A DNA stretch of 64,000 nt from contig JAIVFI010000024.1 of the NCBI GenBank assembly GCA_025558095.1, positions 186,001 through 250,000 of the forward strand, read 5' to 3'. The notes under the pieces are model-generated. The model was not told the origin of the DNA. It ran no database searches and saw only the letters and a program-made list of their open reading frames with translations. The stretch comes from Hyaloraphidium curvatum SAG 235-1 (taxonomy: Eukaryota; Fungi; Monoblepharomycota). Shown one piece after another: positions 37,301-47,763 of the stretch. The translations under genes and the position numbers were made by a program. How positions within the stretch are numbered: the first letter of the stretch is position 1; each line of letters opens with the position of its first letter.

Positions 37301-38031
37301 TTACAATGCCATCGTCCCCGATTGAGATGCTGTCGATGCCGATGCGATCGCCGCTCCGCCAGCACCGCTACAACCGCTGTCTTCACCGCAGTCCTCGCTG
37401 CGGTCGCGCTTGTTTCCTCCGCTGCTCGGCTCTCTCACTGCCTCTGCCTCGCGCAACTGGTTTGCGACGACGCTCCGAGATTCGTGCGATCCCGTGTCGG
37501 GACTGTCGGGGCCTTCCACGGAGTCGTTCGAACTACCGCTGCAGGCTGCATGATGATCGACATCGTCGGAAAGCACGGTCATAGGTCCTTCGTTGTCGCC
37601 GCGAGCGCCTTGGCGGTGACGATTTTCTTCCTCGTAGTCGTCGCTGGAGCAGGTAGCTCAGAGCTCGAACTAATGTGACAGTGGGAAAGCTCGACAGCCC
37701 ACCCTCCGTAACTGTTGCTGTCATCTGTGTGCGTCGAGTCGGTGCCATCTGAATGCCAGAATGCTGAATCGGTTTCGCTCGACGCAGCGGGATCTGCGGT
37801 GACGTTGCTCCCGGTCCAGCTGTACGTCGTCGTCTCGGTTGCGGTGCTTGTACCATCTTGAAGCTCGTCGCTGTTGTATTCTCCATCTTCGGATTCCGTG
37901 TCCCCGAGCTCCGCTTGGGACTCGCGTGGCGAGCCCTGGGAAAGAGAACGCGGCGGCCCCGTGACACCGGCAACCGAGCCCGAGCTTGCTCCCGAAGCAG
38001 AGGTGGATCTCGAGGTTATGTTGCTGGACAT
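37301..38031 (-). CDS. Orphan Ser/Asp/Gly-rich disordered protein, paralog A; 2 exons
   Basis: Intron 37644-37702. Homologous to 50788-51512 (SPRESQxELGD, YSWT, DDVDHxAA, GNKxDRSE). Confidence 0.6.
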
Positions 38032-38292
38032 TTCAAGACCCGATTGATTTGGACCTTTGTGAAGTGGGGGTCGCACGAACTCGGAACCGTGCGACCCTCG
38101 TGGCTATGAGGGAGAAGGAGCCCGATCCGGCGCTCTGGCCCGCCAAGGTGCGATGACGGCAATTTGGCGGAAAGTAGCGACGGCGGACGCACTTGCAATG
38201 CTGCTTTGCTTTAGCTTGACCGGCGAGGCGGCGGGTAAACATTAAACGATTCGCCAAAGCACTCTTCCCCAGGCCTCCGCCCTCTAGCTAGC

Positions 38293-39171
38293 ATGACGTC
38301 CATATCCCACTCCTGCGCATCGTGCGCGCCGGAAACGCTCGCCCGCATCCTCCACCACCAGTACGCCGCGGCCACGCTGCCGACCGACGCCGCCGCCTCG
38401 GCGCGCCTGGCTGTCAACTTGGCGCTGCTGCCGGAAGACCTGCAGCTCCGCCTCGCCGCCGCGAACCGCGACGTCGCCCTCATCACCTCGCCCTCCTGCT
38501 CCATCGTCGCCGTCCGGGGCACGGACCTTGCCAGTTTGCACAACGGGTCGCGCGACGCGCTGAACGACGCGTTCCTCGCCGTCTGCGCCGTGCCCCCGCG
38601 CACCGACGCAGTCCGGACGCTGCTCGACCGTTCTTGGCCGGATCTGCTTGGCCCGTCTTGGGCGACAGAGAAACCGTGGATCATCACGGGGCACTCGCTG
38701 GGCGGCCGAATAGCGATCACGCTGGTGGAACACTACCCAAAGGCGACGGCGGTCGTGTTCAACCCGGCGTTCCCGACAAAGTGCCACATGGGGGAGCATT
38801 TCCGGAGGGTGGTCGCGTACATGGTCAACGGAGACTGGGTCTCCAAGTGGTATCCGGACTTGAACGGAATGAAGATGATGGAGGGAAGGGTGGGAATGAA
38901 CAAGCACGCGATCCTGAACTTTGTCACGGATGAGACTGTGGGGGTGACGAAACAGACCGTGGTGCAGGTTGCCGAGGTTTCGGACACGGGAACGGAAACG
39001 GAGGAAGATTCCGAGGTCCCGCGAAACGGCGAGCTCGCGGCGATAAAGACAGAGTCGTTTACCATTCGGCACGGAAGCTTTGGAGAGACCCTGCTCAAAC
39101 AAAGTCGGTTGCTGATGGACTCGCTTCACTTGTCACCACGCGTGCCGAGTCCCCGGCAGCATACTGCGTGA
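38293..39171 (+). CDS. Alpha/beta hydrolase (lipase class 3-like), intronless
   Basis: VAVRGTD, nucleophile elbow ITGHSLGG, VFNP, GDWVS, KHAI. Confidence 0.82.
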   Translation: MTSISHSCASCAPETLARILHHQYAAATLPTDAAASARLAVNLALLPEDLQLRLAAANRDVALITSPSCSIVAVRGTDLASLHNGSRDALNDAFLAVCAVPPRTDAVRTLLDRSWPDLLGPSWATEKPWIITGHSLGGRIAITLVEHYPKATAVVFNPAFPTKCHMGEHFRRVVAYMVNGDWVSKWYPDLNGMKMMEGRVGMNKHAILNFVTDETVGVTKQTVVQVAEVSDTGTETEEDSEVPRNGELAAIKTESFTIRHGSFGETLLKQSRLLMDSLHLSPRVPSPRQHTA

Positions 39172-39286
39172 GGTTGGAGCTTTCGAATTTGGAAATGTTG
39201 CTTACTGTTGGTCATTTGGAGGATTGATTTGATTTGGAATCGATCAAATTCAGCTCACGTTGAACATTCGAGTGTTCGACCAATCT

Positions 39287-40738
39287 TCAGTATTCCCTCC
39301 TCCTCTCCTTGCCCACCGCCACCACCGCCGCCCTCACCCTCCATAGCTCGTCCGCCCTCTTCCTGGCCTTTGCGGCGGTCTTTTCCAGCCCGAGCTCGCG
39401 AAGCACCCACTCCCTCGCCTTCCGGCCCTTTTCCGCCGCCTCCTCCGGGTGCTCGACGATCCGCTTCATGGCTTCCGCCGCGGCGTCGACTGAGGGTTCG
39501 GCCCACTTGTAACCCTTCTTGTACGCCCCCACGTCCTCGCTGTTTTCCTTCATCCCGTACGGTACGAGGTACGAAAAGTCCTCCCGCATGAAGTCCACGT
39601 TGCCCGAATAATTCGTGGCCACGACCGGCCTGCCGTGCGCGAGCATCTGCAGCATTCCCAGGCCGAACCCCTCGGCGCGGTGCAGGCTCGCGTAGGCGTC
39701 GGCGGCGGCAAAAAGCGCGCCGACCTTGTCCTCGGGCAGGTGCTTCGATATGAGCCTAATGCGGGGGTCCTTTTCCGCGATGGACGACACCTCATTCCAG
39801 TCCCGCGCGGCGGTGTGGTGCGCCGAGTCGCAGTGCGTGGATTTAAGGAGCAGCCGCGGGCGGCGGTCGGGGTCCTCGGGCGAGCCGGCCGGGAAGGCCT
39901 TCAAAAAGGCGCGGAGCACGGCGACGGGGTTCTTTCGCACCGTTGTCGAGTGGCAGTCGAAGGAATAGAGGAAATAGAAGCCGCGGTCCTCCAGGCCGAG
40001 CTCCTTCCGCGCGGCGAGGGTGCGCTCCGCCGTGACGGGGGGCTCGAAGCGCACGGGCAGCGGCGGGATGTGCACCGATACGGGGAGCTGCGAAGAGTGG
40101 CGGAAGGCCTGGGCAATGAAGGTGGTGGGAGCCCAGATTTCGTCGACCGAGTTGAAGATGTCGAGGATATTGGCGGGGAACTGTTCCATCTCCCAGAACC
40201 ACCAGGCGACGTTGATCCGGCCGTCCCGCGGGTCAAAGCCGAACTTATCGTAGAAAGTTTTGATCACGGGGCCGATCAGGTCGGGTCCGACCCCCCAGAG
40301 GTTGATAAAGTGCGGGTTTGGCTTCGTGCAGTCTGCCAACTCGAGCTTGCCCCCCGTGGCGGCCGACTCGTCGAGCACGGCCTGCAACGGGGCGTCCGAC
40401 GCCGTGTGCGGGATGCGAAACACGGTCTGGGCATCGCAGATGCGGGTGGGGATGCCCGACTTTGCCAGCGAGCGCAGGAACGAGCGGCCGGCGACGCCCA
40501 GGCCCAGCTCCGCCCGTGCCCACAAATAGAATGTAATGCCGTACGAGGCGTCGACCGGCGGCAGCAGCGGCGGCGGCGGCGGCGGGCACGCGGGGCATGC
40601 GGCACATGCGGGGCAGTCCGCGCACGCGGGACACGCGGGCGGCGGCGGCGGGGCCGGGCACGGCGGCGGCGGCCGCGCCTGCAGCGCGATCAGCGCGACG
40701 ACGGCCGCCAGCAGCAGCGTGCGAACCACCGGCGCCAT
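39287..40738 (-). CDS. GT4 (GT-B fold) glycosyltransferase with N-terminal signal/anchor and Cys-Pro stem, intronless
   Basis: WWFWEMEQFP, VDEIWAPTTF, YSFDCHSTTVRKNP, SLHRAEGFGL, VATNYSGNVDFM, WAEP. Confidence 0.9.
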   Translation of the reverse strand: MAPVVRTLLLAAVVALIALQARPPPPCPAPPPPPACPACADCPACAACPACPPPPPPLLPPVDASYGITFYLWARAELGLGVAGRSFLRSLAKSGIPTRICDAQTVFRIPHTASDAPLQAVLDESAATGGKLELADCTKPNPHFINLWGVGPDLIGPVIKTFYDKFGFDPRDGRINVAWWFWEMEQFPANILDIFNSVDEIWAPTTFIAQAFRHSSQLPVSVHIPPLPVRFEPPVTAERTLAARKELGLEDRGFYFLYSFDCHSTTVRKNPVAVLRAFLKAFPAGSPEDPDRRPRLLLKSTHCDSAHHTAARDWNEVSSIAEKDPRIRLISKHLPEDKVGALFAAADAYASLHRAEGFGLGMLQMLAHGRPVVATNYSGNVDFMREDFSYLVPYGMKENSEDVGAYKKGYKWAEPSVDAAAEAMKRIVEHPEEAAEKGRKAREWVLRELGLEKTAAKARKRADELWRVRAAVVAVGKERRREY

Positions 40739-41026
40739 CCCTAAAATCTTATCCGTTGGCAAGTGTCAACAAGCTAAGGACGCCGCAGGGGACGCCGGCC
40801 CCCATCCGCCGGCCGCAACAGAATGACGACAGCCTCGCGCCAGTTCAGCCACCCGTCCGCCGGCAACCTCGTACGTGCGAAAGACGCCCGATACATAAGA
40901 CCGGATAGCCGGCGCGCTGCTGCGTTGGCGGATCGGTCCGGTGGCGCGTCCCCAGCCGGTCGGGCGGCGGGGGCAACTTGCCGCCCGCGGATCTCCTCGG
41001 CACCGGCACCCGCCACCTGGATACGC

Positions 41027-41835
41027 CTATAAACAGGCATCTACCGATCTGCTCATTTTTGGGCCCCGCTGGAACAGCTCGGTCTTTATCCACTGCGGCG
41101 TGCGGTCGGGATTGCGGGGGCTTCCGTTGCTCGAAAATATCGCAGGCAACTGCGGACACGCCGTATGGGTCGTACGTTACTGACGACGGTGGGAAGCCGA
41201 TCGGCACCAAGGACTACATACATTCGGGACCACCATGGCGGGGCCAGTTCCGCCCGCCCCTACAAGTTCCAACTGCTTCCGGCAGCGATCGCGTTCCGCT
41301 GCAGCGTACTCTTCTAAGGCCACCAAGCACGACGTGCCGACGACCCAACTGCCCCCGAAGCAGGCTGTGACCTGGAACCACCACTCCTTCCCCGGGCTGG
41401 CGAAGATTTCGGCGCAGGTGCGGTCCCCCTCGCAGTTCTTGATGTAGAGCTCGAAGCACCGGACCCCGTACCACGCGGGCCCATTCTGCTCGCGGATGCC
41501 GAAATTCGCGTCGAGCCCGGTGTGGATGGACTGCCGGTGCGGGGCGTGGTCAGGCGGACCGCGTCAGCATCTCGCCCCCCCCGCCGGCACGGGGAGAGGA
41601 CGGCCCACAGAGTCCCTTGTACACCCTTTTCCGGCCCGGTCCCCTCCGTCCCTCTATCCCACGCCGCCCAGACCCGGCCGGCCGGCGACGGAATCTCGCC
41701 CACCGGCCGGATCAAGCCGGTCTTTAGTCGCCCGTCCGACCAGGCATCCGAAGAATCCGTGTGATCGGGCACTACGGACCGAGGGGGCTGGGGCGCGAGG
41801 TCTGGAGTCAGGATCCCCCACAACAGGGGCATCAT
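41027..41835 (-). CDS. Possible small multi-exon hypothetical protein
   Basis: GC3-biased segment SIHTGLDANFGIREQNGPAWYGVRCFELYIKNCEGDRTC (~41530-41350). ATG 80 bp from the GMD ATG. Boundaries uncertain. Confidence 0.4.
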
Positions 41836-41914
41836 CCCTCGAAACGTCGCAGAGCAGGCGCGCGCCCGACCGGCCCGCGGCCGCCGCAATCCGCACGGTG
41901 CTCGCGCGGCCGAA

Positions 41915-43282
41915 ATGACTGCGCTGGAGGCGTGGCCGCGGCCCGCCCCCCGGGCGGCGCCGGCGCCATTGTTTGTGCCGCGCCGCGCCCGCGCCCCCTC
42001 CCCCGAGCCGCCCCCGCGGGTGGCGCCGCCGCTGCGGCGAAAATCCGCGCTGATCACAGGTGGGAGATCCGCGGCAGTGCCGCCGCGGCGGCCCCTGACG
42101 CCCGCTCCGCCCCGACCCGCCCGCCCCACTTGGGCCGCGCAGGAATCACGGGCCAGGACGGCAAATACCTCGCGGAGCTCCTCCTCGCAAAGGGCTACGC
42201 CGTGCACGGCATCGTCCGCGCGTCGTCTTCGCCCGCAGCGGACCCGCAGCTGCCGTTCGAGGACGACCCTGCGGACGGCTTCAGCCCGCTCGAACCAAAG
42301 GTCGAGCTGCACGACGGCGACCTCGCCGACGCCTCGCGGCTCACGGCCATCCTCGCCCGCGTGCGGCCGGACGAGGTGTACCTGCTCGGCGCGCAGTCGC
42401 ACGTGCGGGCGTCGTTCGAGCTGGCAGAGTACACGGCGCAGGTGGACGCTATCGGGCCGCTGCGGATGCTCGAGGCGCTGCGGGCCACGGGGCTGGCCGG
42501 CTCGTCGAGGGTGTACCTGGCGTCGACGTCGGAGCTGTTTGGCAACGCCAAGGAGTCGCCGCAGAACGAACGCACGCTTTATCGGCCGCGGAATCCGTAC
42601 GGTGAGCGCAACGGCCCGCGCACTCTGGGTCCTGGATTGCTGATCTGCTTCCTCGGCCCGCTTGCCTCCCCCTATCGGTATCCCAGGAGTCGCAAAGCTG
42701 TTTGCCCACGAGTCGGTCCGCTCCTACCGCGAGGCCCACGGCATGCACGCCTCCTCGGGCATCCACTACAACCACGAATCCCCGCGCCGCGGGCGCTCCT
42801 TCGTCACCCGCAAGATCTCCTCCGGCGCCGCCGCCGTGCGACTCGGCCTGCTGGATTGCCTCGAATTGGGGGATTTGGACTCGCGGCGGGACTGGAGCCA
42901 CGCGCGGGACCACGTCCGGGGCATGTGGCTGGCCTTGCAGGAAAAGGAGGGCGGGGACTATGTGTTTGCGTCGGGGAGGGCGAGGACGGTGCGGGAGTTT
43001 TGCGCGGCGGCGTTCGCGGCCGCGGGCATCCCCCTGGTGTTCAAGGGCTCCGGGGTCGACGAGATCGGCGTGGATGCGGCCACGGGACGGGTGCGCGTGC
43101 GCGTGGACAAGGCGCTATACCGGCCAGAGACCGGTGCCGTGCTGGTCGGTGATGCCGCGAAGGCCCAGGTGGCGCTGGGGTGGAGCTGCGAGACGGGGTT
43201 CGAGGAGATGGTCCGGGAGATGGTGGAGCGGGACCTGGAGGAGCTGGCAAAGAGCGGGTGCGGATGGGCGTCCGGGCCGTGA
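41915..43282 (+). CDS. GMD: GDP-mannose 4,6-dehydratase; 3 exons
   Basis: ALITGITGQDG, AQSHVRASF, ASTSELFG, PYGVAK, NHESPRRG..FVTRKI, RDWSHARD. Confidence 0.95.
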
Positions 43283-43836
43283 TGTGCGGTGATGCGGACG
43301 GGAAGCCGGCGGCGGGCGGTGATCACTCTCGGACACGGTGCTGCGAGGGACATGGAGGCAGAGCGTTCGGGGGCGTGGCGCGATATTTTTCTTCCTTCTG
43401 GACATAATCATTGTATTTGACATTTCGCGGCATTGATTTCGACCTCATAATATACTGGCCTTCGTCGTTGGCAGGCCCGTGCGCCGTCTGCGGAGCTCGG
43501 CACGGAACTCCGCCTCGAACTCCGCTCCAGCTCACTCTAGCGAAGGCGATTTCGATCCCACTGCTGCGCGGACAATGCGGCGCAGTCGGAGACCCGCAAT
43601 CTCGATGCGGAAGTCGCGATTCGTGCCGGCCGGCATCGGCCGCGATGCCGCGCTGCTGCCCGTGCAGGGGCGGACATTGCCGGCGCGCACCGCGGGGCAG
43701 AGCTGGTGAGCCGCTGCCACCAGGATGCGGCAAAGTGCCTTCTGAGCATCCAGAATCGCACCCTGCGCCGCATCTGGGCTCGGCAGGCCGCGACGGCCGC
43801 CGGGCAGGGGTGCGAAGCGCGGTGCGAACCCCTGTG

Positions 43837-44560
43837 CGAAGCGCCCCTTGGCCCGCCCATTCCGCGGCAACCGACCGGCGCACTGGCTTCCGAGGGACAT
43901 GGAAACGATGGGAACTGGATCCGGAGGGCAGGATGGTGCACAGTGCGCGTGTTGGAACGCGCGGGGAGAGGGCTGACGGTGGCGCGGGCGGGATCCCCGA
44001 AAACCAAATGAGCTCCCCCGCGCTCTCGCCGCGTCCCCTGACCATCCGAAGCGGCGGAAAAGGAAGATAGGACGTTCTTTCAAAGTTGTGCTGGAACTGG
44101 AGTGCGGTGGAGCAGCAAAATCGGGGCCTCGCTAAGACCAACCAGCACCACCACCACCCAGGCCATCACACCGCCCCGAATCAAAACTTTGGTTCGATCC
44201 GGGTTCGAACCGGAGACCGTCTGTGGTCTCAAGCATCGCAATGCGACGCTTGTTAGACAGAAGTGATGGCCAACTACACCATCGAACCTTTCTGAATGGT
44301 GGGGAGGCCGTGGGACACTCGGACGGCAAACCTCCCGCGCTCGGGTGGTTCCCCCGCATGACCGACGCAGGCCATCGTTCCCCAATGCCTTGCGCTCCCG
44401 TTTGGACGGTTTTCCACTTCGCCAAGCATCTCCACGCCAGTCTCCCGGGTTCGGGACGCAGCGGAAACCCGCGATCGGCTTGCCCCTCGTAAAGCAAGGT
44501 GAAGGAGCGGCTGCTCAACCAGTTCGGGCCGAAATTGACCGCAGCGGGGCCAGGAGGAGA
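43837..44560. repeat. Copy 1 of duplicated tRNA-Val(AAC) unit (downstream flank + tRNA + upstream flank)
   Basis: 44213-44560 is directly repeated at 47233-47581. 43837-44212 is repeated in inverted orientation at 46808-47189. Confidence 0.93.
44190..44288 (-). tRNA. tRNA-Val(AAC) with 25-nt intron (44226-44250)
   Basis: GGTTCGA/TCGAACC acceptor stem, TGGTGTAGTTGG A box, TCTGT-CT-AAC-A^C-ACAGA anticodon arm, TCCGG-TTCGAAC-CCGGA T arm. T4 terminator at 44183-44186. Confidence 0.95.
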
Positions 44561-45305
44561 CCAGCAACGACGGTACGAATCAAAGTTATTGTTATGCCAT
44601 GCTATGCCAATAAGCAGCCAGCGAAACGTTACCGTGTAGAACCAGGCAAATCGAAGTACATATCGTGCAATTTTCGTCGTTCAAATCGCACATGAGGGCA
44701 TTGTTCATGACGTGTCACTTGGCCAAAGGCCACGCGTCGGAAACAAATAGCGTTTCATCCCGGATTCTCCTCGGGCTCAATTTTACCTTGGGCTCGGATC
44801 TGCAATCCAATCATTCATGCTAGGCTGCGCCGTCGCTCGAAGGGTTTCTAGGCAAGGGTATTGGGGTGAGACGAGAGGGAAAACGCCGATCCTCACCCAA
44901 CAGCTCGCCATGGCAGCAGCCATGGATTCCTGCAACAGATTCAGATGGTAGAGATGTCGCTCCCAGGTGATGGGGCACGTACAATCCTGTTGAATCGCTT
45001 ACGTGCGACACAGGATCTAGGGCCGTTGCTCGAGTCATATGCGATTCCTGGCGCTTGCTCCCGGCATCGATGCAGGATCTTTGTTCGTGACGAAGTGCAA
45101 ATAAGGTGCTCGCAGCGCTCGCTGGACTTTCCTCGCGAAAGTCACCTGGCGCCTCCAAGATGGGATCGTGCACAGGACGCGTCGACCAGACGCGTCGCCG
45201 CACACGTACACAGACACACCGCGTTGAGCGACAATTGTACCAGGCTCCCGTGGAACCAGAAACGCCAATCGTCTGTTGGAAGCAGGCCTCAGACCGCCAC
45301 CCGCC

Positions 45306-46649
45306 ATGGCCAGGATTGCGCGCAACGCCGACGAGATCGAAGCACTCCTGCGCTCGGGCGCCCTCGTCATCCGCCCGGACGCGATGATGTGCACGGAAGA
45401 ACGCGACCTGTGGATCAGAGCGGCGTGCCTCGCCTGCGGCCGCGCCGGCGTCCCGCTGCAGCGCTGCGGGGCCTGCCGCACCGCGCCGTACTGCTCGATC
45501 GCGTGCCAGCGCAGGAACTGGGCAGCGCACCGCGACGCCTGCGGTCTGCTGCGTCACCCGCTCGACTTCGCCTGGGCCGCGTTCGTCGTGGAGATGAGCC
45601 TGCGGCTGGGCTTCACGCACGGGCACCGCCCTCGTGCGCCGACGACCACGCAGTGCCCGGCGCTCCATGCCACCTTTGGGCACGATGGTGGCATGGTGAT
45701 CGCGGTATCCAACGCCGAATCCGATCGGACGCGCACGCTCCTGGCCGCCAGGCAGAGGGAAGGGAAGTTGTTCCCTCCCGACGCCTTTAACGCGCACGTC
45801 AGCTGGTCGCCGGACGGCGGCCTGATCACGCAGCTGGCCACGCCCGGTACCCCGGCCAGCGACGCGCAGCGCGACGCGAGGTACCTCTCTGCGAGCGAGG
45901 CCCGATCCAACGAGAGCGGGAGGATCGTGCTAGCGCTGGCTCGGGACCTGGGCATCGCGGCCGCGGCGGTGATCGCCCCGTGGTCCGTGCTCCCCGGTAC
46001 CGCGATTGCCGCTCTGCCCTGGCAGCCAGCCATCCTACCCGCCAATCTCTCGGCATGCAAGGTCAGGCGGATCGGGGACGGCCAGACGAAGCCCCAAGGG
46101 CCGGAGGAGTTCCTGCATCGCAAGGATGGCCCCGCGCCCGTTCTCAACCCCGAGGCGTTGGACCCTCGCAATCCCTCTTCCCCGCTGTACTTCCGGTCCG
46201 CTGCGCCGCCATCCGCGTACGATCCCGACGCGATTGAGGGACGCATCCCGATCTCCTCAGCGCACCCGGGCCCGTTCTTCGCCCTCCCCGGGGACGGCAC
46301 CGCCGCGCTGCTTCTCTGCACCGCGCTCCCCGACCCGTCGCCCAACCCCCTGGGGTTGGCCCCGGGGACCAGGGCGCCGATCGTCGAGGTCAACACCCAC
46401 ACCGGGGGTTTCCGCATCCTGGAGGCTGAAGGCTGGAGGTTCGGGACCGTGCCCGCCGCAGGGCTGGCAGGGTTCATGGAGGCCATGGGAGCAGTGTGCC
46501 TCGACTGCGCAAGTCCGCAGGGGCCGGCGGGGTGGAGATGGGGGAAGGGGAAGCGGGCGGTGACCGAAGAGCGCATACGGAGGTTTGGGGTCAAGAAGTG
46601 CGGCAGGAGCCCGGGAAGCCGAATCTACGAGCCGCTTCCGGTGGAGTAG
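45306..46649 (+). CDS. MYND-type zinc finger protein, intronless
   Basis: CLACG...LQRCGACRTAPYCSIACQRRNWAAHRDAC. Confidence 0.88.
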   Translation: MARIARNADEIEALLRSGALVIRPDAMMCTEERDLWIRAACLACGRAGVPLQRCGACRTAPYCSIACQRRNWAAHRDACGLLRHPLDFAWAAFVVEMSLRLGFTHGHRPRAPTTTQCPALHATFGHDGGMVIAVSNAESDRTRTLLAARQREGKLFPPDAFNAHVSWSPDGGLITQLATPGTPASDAQRDARYLSASEARSNESGRIVLALARDLGIAAAAVIAPWSVLPGTAIAALPWQPAILPANLSACKVRRIGDGQTKPQGPEEFLHRKDGPAPVLNPEALDPRNPSSPLYFRSAAPPSAYDPDAIEGRIPISSAHPGPFFALPGDGTAALLLCTALPDPSPNPLGLAPGTRAPIVEVNTHTGGFRILEAEGWRFGTVPAAGLAGFMEAMGAVCLDCASPQGPAGWRWGKGKRAVTEERIRRFGVKKCGRSPGSRIYEPLPVE

Positions 46650-46807
46650 CACACGCTGATGTAACCGGGAAGAATCCCCCAGTGGCCGCTGCACATCAAT
46701 CCAATTGACGAATCCCAAGAGCTCGAAAAGCAGCACACGACACGACTCAGATGAGCTTGTCCACCCCGACTGAGCAAAAAGAGCATATGATTGCCGACAG
46801 ACCTCTC

Positions 46808-46830
46808 CGGTTCGAACCCGGATCGAACCA
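46808..46830 (+). pseudogene. 3' fragment of tRNA-Val(AAC) (most of the T arm + 3' acceptor strand), inverted away from its 5' part
   Basis: CGGTTCGAACCCGGATCGAACCA is identical to the reverse complement of 44190-44212 and is followed by the same terminator and flank. Confidence 0.9.
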
Positions 46831-47232
46831 TAGTTTTGATTCGGGGCGGTGTGATGGCCTGGGTGGTGGTGGTGCTGGTTGGTCTTGGCGAGGCCCCGAT
46901 TTTGCTGCTCCACCGCACTCCAGTTCCAGCACAACTTTGAAAGAACCTCCTATCTTCCTTTTCCGCCGCTTCGGATCAGGTCGCGGCGGGTTGCGGCGGA
47001 AAGCACAGGGGAGCTCCATTTTGGTTTTTCGGGGATCCCGCCCGCCGCCAGTCAGCACCGCACCCCCGCGTTCCGGTAAGCGCTCCGTGCACCATCCCGC
47101 ACGCCCCGATAGAATTTCCTACGTCTTCATGTCCCTCGCAAGCCCGTGATTGGGTTAGTGGCCACGGGATTGGCCGGCGGGACGCTTCGACCGTTTCCGC
47201 AAAACGCGCCCGAACCTGGCTTCGGCCAAATC

Positions 47233-47308
47233 GAGACCGTCTGTGGTCTCAAGCATCGCAATGCGACGCTTGTTAGACAGAAGTGATGGCCAACTACACC
47301 ATCGAACC
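47233..47308 (-). pseudogene. 5' fragment of tRNA-Val(AAC), including the intron, ending at the start of the T arm
   Basis: 76 nt identical to 44213-44288; the sequence beyond is unrelated to the T arm. Confidence 0.9.
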
Positions 47309-47763
47309 TTTCTGGATGGTGGGGAGGCCGTGGGACACTCGGACGGCAAACCTCCCGCGCTCGGGTGGTTCCCCCGCACGACCGACGCAGGCCATCGTTC
47401 CCCAATGCCTTGCGCTAAGTTTGGACGGGTTTCCCACTTCGTCAAGCATCCTCCACGCCAGTCTGCCGGGTTCAGGACGCAGCGGAAACCCGCGATCGGC
47501 TTGCTCCTCGTAAAGCAAGGTGAAGGAGCGGCTGCTAAACCAGTTCGGGCCGGAATTGACCGCAACGGGGCCAGGAGGAGAGCGGAGGAGCTGCGGAAGA
47601 TGCGCCGTACTGTTGAGGGGCGCGATCCGCTTATCCACTTCGCCGCGAAAGTCTTGGTTGAAGAACCCCAAAAGCCGGAACAAGAGCGAAGAACGCCGCG
47701 AAATGGGGCAAGAAATAGCTTGACTCTAGTCCCCATTGAAACTCGCAGTCCCCTGCTAATACA

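Larger units (their letters stand above)
46808..47581. repeat. Copy 2 of tRNA-Val(AAC) unit with internal inversion 46808-47232
   Basis: 46808-46976 matches the reverse complement of 44044-44212 (3 mismatches seen); diverged similarity continues to ~47189. 47233-47581 matches 44213-44560 directly. Confidence 0.93.

Noticed and set aside
46808-47308. Trans-spliced or permuted split tRNA
   Set aside because: The halves are on opposite strands, the split is in the T stem rather than at a splice site, and there are no complementary leader/trailer sequences. A DNA inversion explains it exactly.
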